The translations under genes were made by a program, and so were the position numbers. Shown in pieces: positions 1 to 10,387 of a DNA stretch of 64,000 nt. Numbering within the stretch: position 1 is the first letter of the stretch; each line of letters begins with the position of its first letter. Source of the stretch: Candidatus Omnitrophota bacterium (GTDB lineage: Bacteria > Omnitrophota > Gorgyraeia > Pluralincolimonadales > Pluralincolimonadaceae); contig JBAZJG010000003.1 of NCBI GenBank assembly GCA_041651455.1, forward strand, positions 83,793 through 147,792. Reading direction: 5' to 3'. Under the pieces are notes generated by a model. The model made no database searches. It was given only the letters and a program-made list of their open reading frames with translations, and was not told where the DNA came from.

Positions 1-225
1 AGCGTCGCGGGCGACGTCTACCTGCAGGATTTCTCGAATACGAACTCGATCTTCGGTGTCAGGAGGGATGACCAGACATATACGCTGTCATCGATGCTCG
101 GGTATAACTTTTGGAAGGAAGCAGAGCTCCAATTCAGATATACATACGTAAAGGACCATTCAAATATAACGGTATACGATTATGACAGGAGCATTTACAG
201 CCTCGGCATCGAGTACAAATTTTAA
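1..225 (+). CDS. Outer-membrane beta-barrel protein, C-terminal fragment; the 5' end is outside the window.
   Basis: Open frame 1 runs to TAA at 223–225. The translation ends ...YSLGIEYKF, with alternating hydrophobic/aromatic residues and a terminal Phe typical of OMP beta-barrels. Confidence 0.45.
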   Translation, partial: SVAGDVYLQDFSNTNSIFGVRRDDQTYTLSSMLGYNFWKEAELQFRYTYVKDHSNITVYDYDRSIYSLGIEYKF

Positions 226-242
226 CAAAGGAGATACCTGAA

Positions 243-3200
243 ATGAAAGACCGCAACATCAAGATCATCGCACTGGCAGCCCTTATTATATTCGGGAGTT
301 CCGCGGCATTTGCTTCCGGTATAGGCACTATTACCTCTCTCGAAGGGAGCGTAGACCTTTTTAAGGCGGGATCGGAATCCCCGTCCGCAGCCGCGCTCGG
401 GTCCGAGATCGAGACGGGTGACTCTGTACGCACAAAGAGCGCCTCAAAGGCCGAGATAACCTTTGCGGACAAGTCGGTGGTCAGGCTTGCGGAAAAGACA
501 AAGCTTGATATTTCGGATTACAGGACAGGAGACGACGGTAAGAGGATAAACGCCGTCTTGAACGTCGAGCGCGGGAAGATAAGGGCCATCATATCGAAGT
601 CCGCGGCAAAGGACAGCTTTACCATAAATACGCCTAACGCTAAAGGCTCGGTAAAGGGAACGGACGTAGTTGTGGTGTTCCAGAAGTCTTCGACCGCGGT
701 AGCCGTGCTCAACGGCAGATACTCGTTGTCGAACCCTGCTTCGCCTGAAAAAAAGGTTGAGATAAAAGGCGGGGAGGTCTCCGTTGTTGCCGCAGATAAC
801 GAACCTTCTTCGCCCAGGCTGATGCTCGCTTCCGAAAAGAAGTCGCATGAGGCCGATACATCGGTCTCGAGAAGTGCGGTTGCCTCGTCTGACAACACGG
901 ATAATCTTCCCGTTGCCGAGGGATACAGCCAGGCCGGTGAAATGAAGGCCGTGATCATAAAATTGGCCGGAAATGTCAGGATAAAGAGCAAGGATTCGAA
1001 GACCTGGCATGACGCCAAACTAAACGAGACGGTAAGGACGGGCGATTCTATTGAGACGAAAGCGAACGGCAAGGCTGAATTTAAGATCGAGAACGGCAAT
1101 ATCATAACGCTGCAGCAGAATTCCAACGTCACGATCTCCAGGCTATCGAGGGATGGTAAGGGAGAATACGAGAACCTTTTCGAATCCACTGGCGGCAAGA
1201 TTAGGGCCCAGGTGGAGAAACTTAAGGGAAATTCGAAGTTCGAGGTCAAGACCCCCAACGCGGTGGCTTGCGTCCGCGGTACAGTCCTGTTCCTCAATAT
1301 ACTCCCGAACCTGACCAATGCATATTTCGAGGAAGGCAACGGCGTACTTAGAAGCATAATATCCGGGACCACCCAGAACGTACCCATGGGGACCGGCTCC
1401 ACGGTCGACGGGAACGGCAATATCAGCAATCCCTTACCGCCGTCAGACGACCAGAAGTCGGGCTGGCATGAGGGCTGGGAATTCGGGGGCGAGGCCGAGG
1501 GATACAGCGGGCCGGAGGGCTATACCGGAGGCGGCACCGGCGACAACGAGAATCCCGATAACGGCGCCAATAACGTATTTTCCGATAAACCTTTTACCGA
1601 CATAATAGGGCCCGGCGAGGGCGGCGATACAGGCGACGGCGGCGGGGACGGAACGGTTGTTGCTCCCGTCACGATGAACGGTACTATCGAAGGGGATTTT
1701 GGTTACGAAGGCGTCTCGGAGAATAATTTCTTCAGTTTAGCGCTTTCGAGCACTACGCCGCTGGGCGAACAGTGGTCCGGTACTATTTCAGTGAACGCGA
1801 CCGGTACATACGATAACCCTTATTATAGGGTATTTATCGGTAACGTCGAAGGCAAAGGCGTAAACGGCGGCGTGTTCTACGGCTGGAGCGGAGGCGTCAT
1901 GCACAGCTGGGACACCGTCGTATCTTCTATATATATCGACCCGTCCGGCATGGCCGGTAACCTCTTCGGAGTGCTGTCCGGTTCCAACACCGTCAACGAA
2001 ATGGACGGATATTACTGGGGCGACATGGCCGGGAACGGCGACCTTTACGTCATCCCTATGGCGCAGCTTGAGCCGGATGTCGAGTACGGTACGGTAGAAG
2101 GATGGGGCTACGGCAACCTAAACTTTGCCTTTGATAACGGCAACGGCTATGTCGAAACTGGATTTGACAGGCAAATGGCGAAGATCGAAGGCCAGGACTG
2201 GGGCATTTGGCGTGAGGCGCATTACGGCGGTTACAGCAACCCGAACGGACTTACAAACTGGAGCGCTGTCGCCGGAGGCGACTATAACGACGGGTATTTC
2301 TTCTCGCTGGCCGAGGGTACCGATAACCTTAACGGCGCCGTAAGATTCGATATCTCCGGTTCCTATCTCGACAGTTCCCATCTTGGCGCCTACTACGGCA
2401 CGATACTCGCACATGCCGGAGAAGGCATTGAAGGCACAGGCGCAGGCGGATTTGTGGAGCAGGAGCTTTCTTCCAGCACCGAACTGTTTAATTGCGCATA
2501 TTCCCCGTACCGGTATGAATACGAGTACGGTGATTATGATTACGATGGCTACGGCGGGTTCGATCATGCCGGCCACATCGGCGGCCTGGCAGGAACAGTC
2601 GGGGACCTGTGGGGAGAAGGCGGTTTCTATCTCGTATCGATAGGAGAGATGGAAGAGGACGAAGCCGGCTCTCTCAATGATTTTGTCTGGATGACCGATT
2701 TCTCAAGCGATGATAACGGAGATGAGGACATAAGGGAATACGACGGCGAGGGGCAGGAAGGTGCATATTACGGGCTGTCCTCGGTCACCGGTAAGGACGG
2801 CGTGATGAAGGGTTCCGCGCGCATCTTATATATCGATCCCGACGGCTATGCGGGCGTAAAATCCGGAAAGGTCGAAGGCGCATATTCTTCACTTGCGGGC
2901 GCGTATATGTTCGATGGGGATTTCGACAATGACCTTAATATAACGCCGGTCATAGCGGGCATAAGCGCCGAAGACCTTTCGGAATCCATATGGTCCGAAG
3001 AAAGTGACGGAAGGCTTGAAGGCGATTACTCCGGTGAAGGGTTCATCGGAGGCCAAGACGAGCTCTATACAGCCAGCATTGTGGACTATAAGAACCATAC
3101 GTCGTACGACTGGGGCATATACAGCCAAAGGCTTACTGGGGAGTATGAACTCCCGGCGGTAACGAACGGGATATTCTCCGCGAAGATGGGCGGCAACGAC

Positions 3201-6200
3201 TCGTTCGGCTGCTACAATCCCGGGCTCTCCGTCAACGGCCAGTACCAGCTCAATGACGGCGGATATTATTACTATCAATACAATGACAATAACAGCTATG
3301 GTTATACATCCGAGTACCATTATGTGGACAATACGCAGCAATATTCCAACACGAATTACTACGATGACGGGTCCACGCACACATACTCATATTCATACGA
3401 CAACAACGGGAATCTTCTTGGCGGTACTTCCGGGTACGGGACATGGGATACATCCGTGCCGCTGGCTGAGCTTATCGGGTCCGCGCCGGAGGACGCTTCC
3501 TACCTGTCATACGAGGACTCATACGTCACGGCAGAGAACGATTACGGCTACTGGATAGCGGACGTCAACGGGCAGGGAGAAGGGTGGTTCAACGGCTCGT
3601 TGAACGGCGTATTCCTGACCGGCACGAGGATGGGGACCATATCCGGCGACATAGACGGCACGTATTACGACGACGGGACCTGGATGGGTTCGGGCTCCGG
3701 CACATGGAACGGGAAGAGGCTGGCATTTAGCGGGTATTGGGGCGAAAATGAGAGCAGCCTTTATACCGACGATCCGGAAGGTTATATATCATGGGCCGGG
3801 GAGGAGCGTGGGTTAATGGGCTCCACGGAAGAGGATTGGTGGGATAACAAGTCGTTTACCGCGCGCGCAATAGGCGGATTCTGGTACGATTACGATGACG
3901 GCGTGCCGAAGCTCTGGAATACAGAGATCGAAAGCAATAACGTGGAGAAAAACAACAATACCACCCTTGACGGCGGTGCGTATTACGGCTTTACGACAGG
4001 CATCTGGAAGAACGGGCTCATGTCGGACGGCAGGGTGATAGCGATCTTCGCGGCCCCGGACGGCAGGGTCGGTATAATGAGGGGCGGCGCGGAAGGCGGA
4101 TACTACGAAGGGATAGACCTATGGCAGGCCTCTATGGACCTGTCGACTGAGATGGTCGAGGGCTATTCCTATACCCCTGAAGGCCTAAGAAACGACATCA
4201 ACGAGGAATATATCGGGGATATGGGAGTAGGCGGCTCATTCGCCGGGAACGGTACGATCTACGGCAATATTGACGAGGCATACAGCTATTCCTTGCCGGA
4301 CATGCCGTGGGGCATCTTCAACGTGAAGATGGGCGGTTGGTTCGAGAAGGATGACGGCAATATCGCCGAGAACGGCCTCGCGTTAGGTAAAAATGAAGAA
4401 GGTTACGGCGAACGCCTGCTTATCACGGCCAGGAACGTGGTCTACGATGACAACACGATCTCAGCTGACGTTGCCGGAGCGTTCATCGACCTGGAAGAAG
4501 GCATGATAGGCAGGATAAACGGCGACCTTCGCGGGACAGCGACCGACCAGTACTATTATGACGGCGGCGAATATTATAACTATACGTCATGGGCCGGCGC
4601 CGCTATCGGCGAATGGAAGAAAGAGCCGCTCGCGTATTCTGGCATAATGATGGACGGCGCGTTCGGTTATGTAGAGGATTATTACGGCGGTTTCGATGTC
4701 GATTACGGATATATGGACGGTGTATTCGGAGGGTCCGGCAACATCTGGCAGGGCCCCGCCGACCTTACCATTATCGGAGGGTTCTGGAACCCCGATTACA
4801 ATGAAGACAGGGTCCCGGACTACAAGCTATGGGCATCCGATTTCTACATAATAACGGATGACAATGCCGTCGCTTACGGTACCATGGGCGGCACCTCGCT
4901 CGACAACAGGCTTAAGGGCCTGCTTCTTTCCCTTTATATAAGGGAGACCGATGAGGGCAACCGCGCCGGTTATATCATGTCGGTAGACGATGCCGGAAAT
5001 TACGATTACTTTAACGGCGATTTCTATCCGTCGATCGGGATGTACGGAGCGGAGGGAAAACTCGCTTATTTCCTCGACATGCCGACGGATTACGATCCTA
5101 CGGTATTGCTGTCGGGCTCAGGCGAAGCGCTCGATTCGGATGATATTTACGGTGTTGTGGGCGGCGACATAGAGGGTACTCTCGACGGAGAGACGCTGGG
5201 CTTTGTGGACCAGGATTGGGGCATTTGGAGGGCGGCAAGCTCGGGCGTGTTCAACAATCCTCCGGAAAACACATGGTCAGCCGTCATGGGTGATGTAGAA
5301 GACGATTATGACGGTTTTTACTCGACATATACGCTCGCGTTCATCGACGGCACATCATGGGAAGACGGAGGTTTCAGCGCCGATATCGCCGGGCGGGTAT
5401 TGTCAAACAGGAGCCTTACTACCTTCAACGGAAAGATGCTGGGCGCGTATGATACCGAATATAACGAGTGGGAGGCACTTTCCCTCGGTGTCGCTCAGTC
5501 CGAGTATCTTACACTAAGCGGTTCATCGAGCGGAGGCATCGGCTATTACGGCGAAGGCTTCATAAACGACGGTATCACTTACGGCAACATGGGAAGCACC
5601 GTGCAGGAATGGTGGGCAAACGGGCCTTTCGATGTCGTCGCGATGGGAGAATACGAGGGATACCTCGACCGCGGTTCCTATATCGTGGGCTCAAAGGTCA
5701 ACAGCTTTAACGGTTACGACGGGTCAAACACTACTGATGACGGCGAAGGCGCGTTCTGGGGATGGACCGTAGGGACTTCCCGCAACGGGCGCCTGCCTAA
5801 CATGTATACGGCAGCGTTGTTCATTTCTCCCGGCGAAGACGGCAACCAGGCAGGCATACTGCGCGGAAGCATGAACGGGAACACCTTCGCGATGCCCAAT
5901 GAATACCTCGATTACGGCGATGACATGGAGGTCGGGCTGTGGCAGGCCGATGGTACTTTGACGCCGACCGTCATGATGAATTATATACCGATGGGAGCGG
6001 CTGACTTCGTAGACAGTATAGAGATAGACTCGGACGCCTTCACCGCGTGCGGTAAAGGCGTTATAAACGGCAATCCGCTTGAAGCGCAGATTTCACAGGC
6101 GTCTATAGCGAATATTGAGGCATATGATACATGGGGTATAGTCAACGGTATCATGTTCGCGCAATCGAATGCCGTCGTGACCGACGGCGTATGGCAGACG

Positions 6201-6926
6201 GCCTTAGGAGGCGTAGTGCCTGACGATACGTATGACGACAGCTACCTGCTGTTTTCCGCGAAAGGCACCAGCAGTATCTGGGATTTTAAGAACGGGGATG
6301 TCAGGGAAGGAGATGTCGACGGTTCGTTCAGGGGCGTATACCTTGCGCCGGAGCACTGGGACAGCGAGACGGAGCGCTACACGGCTATGAATATAGGCCG
6401 CGTCGAAGGCGATATCTCAGGCTTCTATGAAGCGGGCGTAGATACGACCATCCAGGCCGCGTTCGTCGGCGAATGGGTAGACCTCGCCGAGCTTGACACA
6501 AGCATGATCGGATTCGATAATGTCGTGCTTGCGGAGATGGTAAGCGTCCCGATCACCGAAACCTATTCGGCCCTGCTTCAGGGTAACGGAGCGTTCGGCG
6601 CCGCGGGCGCGATCACCGGTAATATGGACATAAGCTTCTACGCGCAGAACGCACTCGACCTGAACGGAATATGGGCGGCGCTCTTCAACGGAAGCTATTC
6701 AGGATACACCGGCGGAAACGACTGGAACATAAACTACAGCAACGATGCCGGCGTTAACGCGACGTTGACAGGAACGCAGTGGAGCGAAGGCCAGTGGATG
6801 GCCAACGTTTCAGGGACCGCTCCCGGTGACGTCAACTTCAACGGACAGGCCGGCGGCACCTACACGGGCACCGAAACGGGCACGTTCGAAGGCGCAGGCG
6901 CCGGAACCTGGAATACCGGAAATTGA
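243..6926 (+). CDS. Giant secreted protein (2227 aa) with an N-terminal signal peptide and two tandem FecR-like domains. A long acidic Gly/Tyr/Asp/Asn/Trp-rich body is made of degenerate ~300–400 aa repeat modules.
   Basis: AAGGAG RBS about 8 nt upstream of the ATG. Signal peptide MKDRNIKIIALAALIIFGSSAAFASG. FecR-like blocks (…TPNAKGSVKGTDVVVV…, …KTPNAVACVRGTVLF…). Recurring YIDP[SD]G.AG and [DY]WGI[WYF] motifs. Confidence 0.85.
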   Translation: MKDRNIKIIALAALIIFGSSAAFASGIGTITSLEGSVDLFKAGSESPSAAALGSEIETGDSVRTKSASKAEITFADKSVVRLAEKTKLDISDYRTGDDGKRINAVLNVERGKIRAIISKSAAKDSFTINTPNAKGSVKGTDVVVVFQKSSTAVAVLNGRYSLSNPASPEKKVEIKGGEVSVVAADNEPSSPRLMLASEKKSHEADTSVSRSAVASSDNTDNLPVAEGYSQAGEMKAVIIKLAGNVRIKSKDSKTWHDAKLNETVRTGDSIETKANGKAEFKIENGNIITLQQNSNVTISRLSRDGKGEYENLFESTGGKIRAQVEKLKGNSKFEVKTPNAVACVRGTVLFLNILPNLTNAYFEEGNGVLRSIISGTTQNVPMGTGSTVDGNGNISNPLPPSDDQKSGWHEGWEFGGEAEGYSGPEGYTGGGTGDNENPDNGANNVFSDKPFTDIIGPGEGGDTGDGGGDGTVVAPVTMNGTIEGDFGYEGVSENNFFSLALSSTTPLGEQWSGTISVNATGTYDNPYYRVFIGNVEGKGVNGGVFYGWSGGVMHSWDTVVSSIYIDPSGMAGNLFGVLSGSNTVNEMDGYYWGDMAGNGDLYVIPMAQLEPDVEYGTVEGWGYGNLNFAFDNGNGYVETGFDRQMAKIEGQDWGIWREAHYGGYSNPNGLTNWSAVAGGDYNDGYFFSLAEGTDNLNGAVRFDISGSYLDSSHLGAYYGTILAHAGEGIEGTGAGGFVEQELSSSTELFNCAYSPYRYEYEYGDYDYDGYGGFDHAGHIGGLAGTVGDLWGEGGFYLVSIGEMEEDEAGSLNDFVWMTDFSSDDNGDEDIREYDGEGQEGAYYGLSSVTGKDGVMKGSARILYIDPDGYAGVKSGKVEGAYSSLAGAYMFDGDFDNDLNITPVIAGISAEDLSESIWSEESDGRLEGDYSGEGFIGGQDELYTASIVDYKNHTSYDWGIYSQRLTGEYELPAVTNGIFSAKMGGNDSFGCYNPGLSVNGQYQLNDGGYYYYQYNDNNSYGYTSEYHYVDNTQQYSNTNYYDDGSTHTYSYSYDNNGNLLGGTSGYGTWDTSVPLAELIGSAPEDASYLSYEDSYVTAENDYGYWIADVNGQGEGWFNGSLNGVFLTGTRMGTISGDIDGTYYDDGTWMGSGSGTWNGKRLAFSGYWGENESSLYTDDPEGYISWAGEERGLMGSTEEDWWDNKSFTARAIGGFWYDYDDGVPKLWNTEIESNNVEKNNNTTLDGGAYYGFTTGIWKNGLMSDGRVIAIFAAPDGRVGIMRGGAEGGYYEGIDLWQASMDLSTEMVEGYSYTPEGLRNDINEEYIGDMGVGGSFAGNGTIYGNIDEAYSYSLPDMPWGIFNVKMGGWFEKDDGNIAENGLALGKNEEGYGERLLITARNVVYDDNTISADVAGAFIDLEEGMIGRINGDLRGTATDQYYYDGGEYYNYTSWAGAAIGEWKKEPLAYSGIMMDGAFGYVEDYYGGFDVDYGYMDGVFGGSGNIWQGPADLTIIGGFWNPDYNEDRVPDYKLWASDFYIITDDNAVAYGTMGGTSLDNRLKGLLLSLYIRETDEGNRAGYIMSVDDAGNYDYFNGDFYPSIGMYGAEGKLAYFLDMPTDYDPTVLLSGSGEALDSDDIYGVVGGDIEGTLDGETLGFVDQDWGIWRAASSGVFNNPPENTWSAVMGDVEDDYDGFYSTYTLAFIDGTSWEDGGFSADIAGRVLSNRSLTTFNGKMLGAYDTEYNEWEALSLGVAQSEYLTLSGSSSGGIGYYGEGFINDGITYGNMGSTVQEWWANGPFDVVAMGEYEGYLDRGSYIVGSKVNSFNGYDGSNTTDDGEGAFWGWTVGTSRNGRLPNMYTAALFISPGEDGNQAGILRGSMNGNTFAMPNEYLDYGDDMEVGLWQADGTLTPTVMMNYIPMGAADFVDSIEIDSDAFTACGKGVINGNPLEAQISQASIANIEAYDTWGIVNGIMFAQSNAVVTDGVWQTALGGVVPDDTYDDSYLLFSAKGTSSIWDFKNGDVREGDVDGSFRGVYLAPEHWDSETERYTAMNIGRVEGDISGFYEAGVDTTIQAAFVGEWVDLAELDTSMIGFDNVVLAEMVSVPITETYSALLQGNGAFGAAGAITGNMDISFYAQNALDLNGIWAALFNGSYSGYTGGNDWNINYSNDAGVNATLTGTQWSEGQWMANVSGTAPGDVNFNGQAGGTYTGTETGTFEGAGAGTWNTGN

Positions 6927-6928
6927 TC

Positions 6929-7213
6929 ATGCGATATGTATTCGCATTAGTATTAGCGCTGTTGATAACAGGATGCGGGAGGCCGGCTGAAAAGCCGGCT
7001 TCCGCAGTTTCGGAGGGAAGGATCATCGCCACAGTTAACGGAGAGCCGATATTCGACAAGGACCTGAAGCTCTCGCTCGCACTGAAGCTGAAGGATGACC
7101 CCTCGATGCAGATAAAGCCCTCTACCATGAGCGAACAGCTGCAGACGCTTATAGACGAACGCCTTAAGCTGCAAAGCAAGACACGCGAGAATTCCGAGAT
7201 AGTGATCAAATAA
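6929..7213 (+). CDS. Small lipoprotein with a SurA-N-domain-like segment; possibly a truncated chaperone remnant.
   Basis: MRYVFALVLALLITGCGR has a lipobox (LITGC). …RIIATVNGEPIFDKDL… resembles the SurA/PpiD N-terminus. The track ORF begins at a TTG at 6923, but an in-frame ATG at 6929 is more likely. It overlaps the stop of the giant gene. Confidence 0.45.
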   Translation: MRYVFALVLALLITGCGRPAEKPASAVSEGRIIATVNGEPIFDKDLKLSLALKLKDDPSMQIKPSTMSEQLQTLIDERLKLQSKTRENSEIVIK

Positions 7214-7313
7214 ATTTCTTTCCAGGATATTTCCCGCCAGTAATATGAATTGACTATGCTTCTACTCTGTGATAAACTCCTATTTTATTCAGCCAAAATA
7301 AAGGGGTTATGAC

Positions 7314-8492
7314 GTGAAACAGCCTGACATTAAGGGCCATTTTGGCGTCTTTGGAGGCAAATATGTACCAGAGACGCTGATGACTGCGCTCGAAGAGCTC
7401 GAGGGCGCCTATAAGGCCGCAAAAAAAGACAAAAAATTCTCCGAACAGTTCCGCTATTACCTTGAGGAGTACGCCGGAAGGCCGAGTAACCTTTATCGCG
7501 CCGGAAGGCTCAGCGATTTCCTGAAAGGCCCGAAGATCTACCTTAAAAGGGAAGACCTTCTTCATACGGGTTCCCATAAGATCAATAACACGCTGGGCCA
7601 GGGGCTGCTTACCGTAAGGATGGGCAAGAAGAGGATCATCGCCGAGACAGGTGCGGGACAGCACGGTGTTGCCACGGCGACAGTCGCGGCGCTTTTCGGC
7701 CTCGAATGCGAGGTCTTCATGGGCGAGGAGGATGTGCGCCGGCAATCATTGAACGTTTTCAGGATGAAATTGCTCGGCGCGAAGGTGACCCCGGTCACGA
7801 GCGGCAGCAAGACCCTTAAGGACGCCATGAACGAGACGATGAGGGACTGGGTCACGAACGTCCGCAACACACATTACTGCATAGGTTCGGTCGCGGGCCC
7901 GCACCCTTTTCCGATGATGGTAAGGGATTTCCAGTCCGTAATAGGTGCGGAGGCCAGGAAACAGATACTTAAGGCGGAACGCAGGCTGCCGGACTATCTT
8001 ATCGCCTGCGTCGGCGGCGGATCGAATTCCATGGGCCTGTTCTACAGGTTCCTCGACGATAAAAGCGTAAAGTTCATCGGCGTGGAAGCGGCGGGAAAGG
8101 GGCTTTCTACCGGGATGCACGCCGCGACGCTAGAAAAAGGCGATATAGGGGTCCTGCACGGGAGTAAGAGCTACCTGCTGCAGGATGAAGCGGGCCAGGT
8201 AAAGATTGCGCACTCCGTCTCCGCCGGGCTCGATTACCCGGGAGTAGGGCCTGAGCACGCTTATTTCAAGGAAACGGGCAGGGCGAGATACGTATCCGTG
8301 ACCGACAAGGAAGCATTGGGGGCCTTCCGTATGTTATCTGAGACCGAAGGTATAATACCCGCCCTCGAATCATCCCATGCGATCGCGTACCTTGCGAAGA
8401 TATCGAAGAAACTCAGGAAGAGCGATATCGTGGTCGTATGCCTTTCCGGAAGAGGCGACAAGGACGTGGACATGGTCTCGCGGATACTATAA
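7314..8492 (+). CDS. trpB: Tryptophan synthase beta chain.
   Basis: PLP-lysine motif …HTGSHKINN…, GGGSN motif and full-length homology pattern (392 aa). GTG start preceded by AAAGGGG. Confidence 0.95.
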   Translation: MKQPDIKGHFGVFGGKYVPETLMTALEELEGAYKAAKKDKKFSEQFRYYLEEYAGRPSNLYRAGRLSDFLKGPKIYLKREDLLHTGSHKINNTLGQGLLTVRMGKKRIIAETGAGQHGVATATVAALFGLECEVFMGEEDVRRQSLNVFRMKLLGAKVTPVTSGSKTLKDAMNETMRDWVTNVRNTHYCIGSVAGPHPFPMMVRDFQSVIGAEARKQILKAERRLPDYLIACVGGGSNSMGLFYRFLDDKSVKFIGVEAAGKGLSTGMHAATLEKGDIGVLHGSKSYLLQDEAGQVKIAHSVSAGLDYPGVGPEHAYFKETGRARYVSVTDKEALGAFRMLSETEGIIPALESSHAIAYLAKISKKLRKSDIVVVCLSGRGDKDVDMVSRIL

Positions 8493-8499
8493 GAATAAT

Positions 8500-9294
8500 A
8501 TGAACAGAATAGACAAAAAATTCAGGGAACTTAAAAAGCTAAAACAGAAGGCGCTGATAGCCTTCTTCACCGCAGGCGATTACGGCCTGGCGAACACAAA
8601 GAAACTCGTCCTCGAGTTCGCATCACGCGGTGTGGACATTATAGAGCTCGGTGTCCCATTCTCCGACCCCGTAGCGGACGGCCCGACAATACAGATATCG
8701 TCCGAAAGGGCCCTCAAGAGAGGCACCAAACTCAAGGATATAATCGCCGCCGTAAAGGAACTCAGGAAATATACCGAAGTACCGATAGTTCTCATGGGTT
8801 ATTATAACCCTATATTGAAATACGGAGTAAGCAGGTTTGTGTCCGATTGCTCTAAGAGCGGGATCGACGGCGTCATTATACCCGACCTGCCTCCGGAAGA
8901 GTCGGGCGAGCTCATCGGACCGTCGAGGGAGAAGGGGTTCGCAACCATATTCCTGCTGAGCCCGACAAGTACCGCAAAGAGGATAAAGCTCGTCTCGGGA
9001 AGATCGAGGGGATTCATCTATTATGTCTCTCTGACCGGGATAACCGGCGCCAGGTCGTCATTACCCGCGGAGCTTGCGCAAAGGGTAAATCTTATCAAGA
9101 GGCATTCTAAGCTGCCGGTATGCGTAGGTTTCGGTGTATCGAGCCCCGGACAGGTCAGGCAGGTATGCCGCGCGGCCGACGGGGTAATAGTCGGTTCTGC
9201 GATAGTCAAGGAGATTGAGAGGAATTCCGGGAAAAAGCAGTTCATACGCAAAGTAGGCGAATATGTGCAAAAACTGACGGAGGCGGCCCATTAA
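8500..9294 (+). CDS. trpA: Tryptophan synthase alpha chain.
   Basis: Starts at M42 of the track ORF (MNRIDKKFRELK…), 8 nt after the trpB stop. TIM-barrel TrpA pattern (…GVPFSDPVADGPTIQ…, …YVSLTGITG…). Confidence 0.9.
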   Translation: MNRIDKKFRELKKLKQKALIAFFTAGDYGLANTKKLVLEFASRGVDIIELGVPFSDPVADGPTIQISSERALKRGTKLKDIIAAVKELRKYTEVPIVLMGYYNPILKYGVSRFVSDCSKSGIDGVIIPDLPPEESGELIGPSREKGFATIFLLSPTSTAKRIKLVSGRSRGFIYYVSLTGITGARSSLPAELAQRVNLIKRHSKLPVCVGFGVSSPGQVRQVCRAADGVIVGSAIVKEIERNSGKKQFIRKVGEYVQKLTEAAH

Positions 9295-9313
9295 CAAGAA
9301 GAATATCTATGCC

Positions 9314-10387
9314 GTGATAATAGCCGGCGGCAGAGGCGAGAGGTTTTGGCCCAAGAGCAGGATAAAGACGCCGAAGCAGACGCTGAAGCTTATGGGCAGG
9401 CGTTCGCTGATACAGGAGACGGTGTCTCGGATAAACGCTATAGTGCCGAACGACCGGATATATGTCATCACGAACAAGGAGCAGTTGGGCTCGATAAAAG
9501 CCGACCTGCCCTCGATAAAGAATATCATAGCGGAGCCTGCCGCGAGAAACACCGCGGCGGCATGCGGCCTTGCGGCGATGCTCATCAAGAAACGCGATCC
9601 GCGCGCTGCGATGATAGTGCTGCCGTCCGACCATCTCATAAAGGAAAAGGACAAGTTCATCGACGCCCTGCTTACGGGCGTGCAGGTAGCAGAGGCCTCC
9701 AACGGACTCGTTACAATAGGGGTAAAACCCACGTTCCCGGCGACGGGATACGGGTACCTCAGGATAGACACGAGCGGCCAGTTCAGGATCAAGGGACCCG
9801 GGCTGAAGGCCGTAGTCCACAGGGTAATGGCTTTTGTCGAGAAACCCAGCCTGCCGAACGCGGTCAGATTCATCAAGGAGAAGGGGTATTACTGGAACAG
9901 CGGGATGTTCATCTGGAAAGCGACAAGCATACTCGACGCCATCAAGGAAAACCTCCCGAGGCTGTATCTCGGTTTGCAGCTGCTTGAGCCGAGCATCGGC
10001 CGGCTCAATTTCAACTACAAGCTCAACGAGGTCTACCCCAAGCTTGAGGAGATATCGATAGACTACGGCGTGCTCGAAAAAGAGAAACGCATATTCGCGG
10101 TGGAAGGGAAATTCTACTGGGATGACCTAGGTTCGTGGGATTCGCTCGCGCGGCACCTTTCGACCGACGCGGACGGGAATTTTTCGATAGGCCTGCACAA
10201 GTCCGTCGACACAAGGGATTCCGTCGTCGTCTCGTCGCAGGGCGTGATAGGCACCGTCGGGCTGGACAATGTCATAGTCGTCCGCGACGGGGACTGCGTG
10301 CTCGTTTGCCGCAGGGACATGGCACAGGACGTAAAGAAGCTTGTTTCGCTCATGAAGGACAAAAAGGAGCTGAAAAAATACCTCTGA
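9314..10387 (+). CDS. manC: Mannose-1-phosphate guanylyltransferase (GDP-mannose pyrophosphorylase, no C-terminal PMI domain).
   Basis: N-terminal nucleotidyltransferase motif IIAGGRGERFWP. Length (357 aa) and C-terminal left-handed beta-helix region fit the family. Confidence 0.75.
   Translation: MIIAGGRGERFWPKSRIKTPKQTLKLMGRRSLIQETVSRINAIVPNDRIYVITNKEQLGSIKADLPSIKNIIAEPAARNTAAACGLAAMLIKKRDPRAAMIVLPSDHLIKEKDKFIDALLTGVQVAEASNGLVTIGVKPTFPATGYGYLRIDTSGQFRIKGPGLKAVVHRVMAFVEKPSLPNAVRFIKEKGYYWNSGMFIWKATSILDAIKENLPRLYLGLQLLEPSIGRLNFNYKLNEVYPKLEEISIDYGVLEKEKRIFAVEGKFYWDDLGSWDSLARHLSTDADGNFSIGLHKSVDTRDSVVVSSQGVIGTVGLDNVIVVRDGDCVLVCRRDMAQDVKKLVSLMKDKKELKKYL

Noticed and set aside
243-6926. Possible CRISPR array or DNA-level tandem repeats inside the repetitive giant gene.
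   Set aside because: Repeats are degenerate at the protein level, with no exact 25–40 nt direct repeats and regular spacers. No cas genes or repeat-spacer periodicity occur anywhere in the window.
7250-7278. Putative TTGACT-17-TAAACT promoter upstream of trpB.
   Set aside because: The -10 is weak and there is no supporting signal. It was left out of the feature list as too speculative.
9346-9987. A 213-aa + strand ORF in an alternative frame inside manC.
   Set aside because: It is an Arg/Gln/Gly-rich nonsense translation. The manC frame carries the nucleotidyltransferase motifs.
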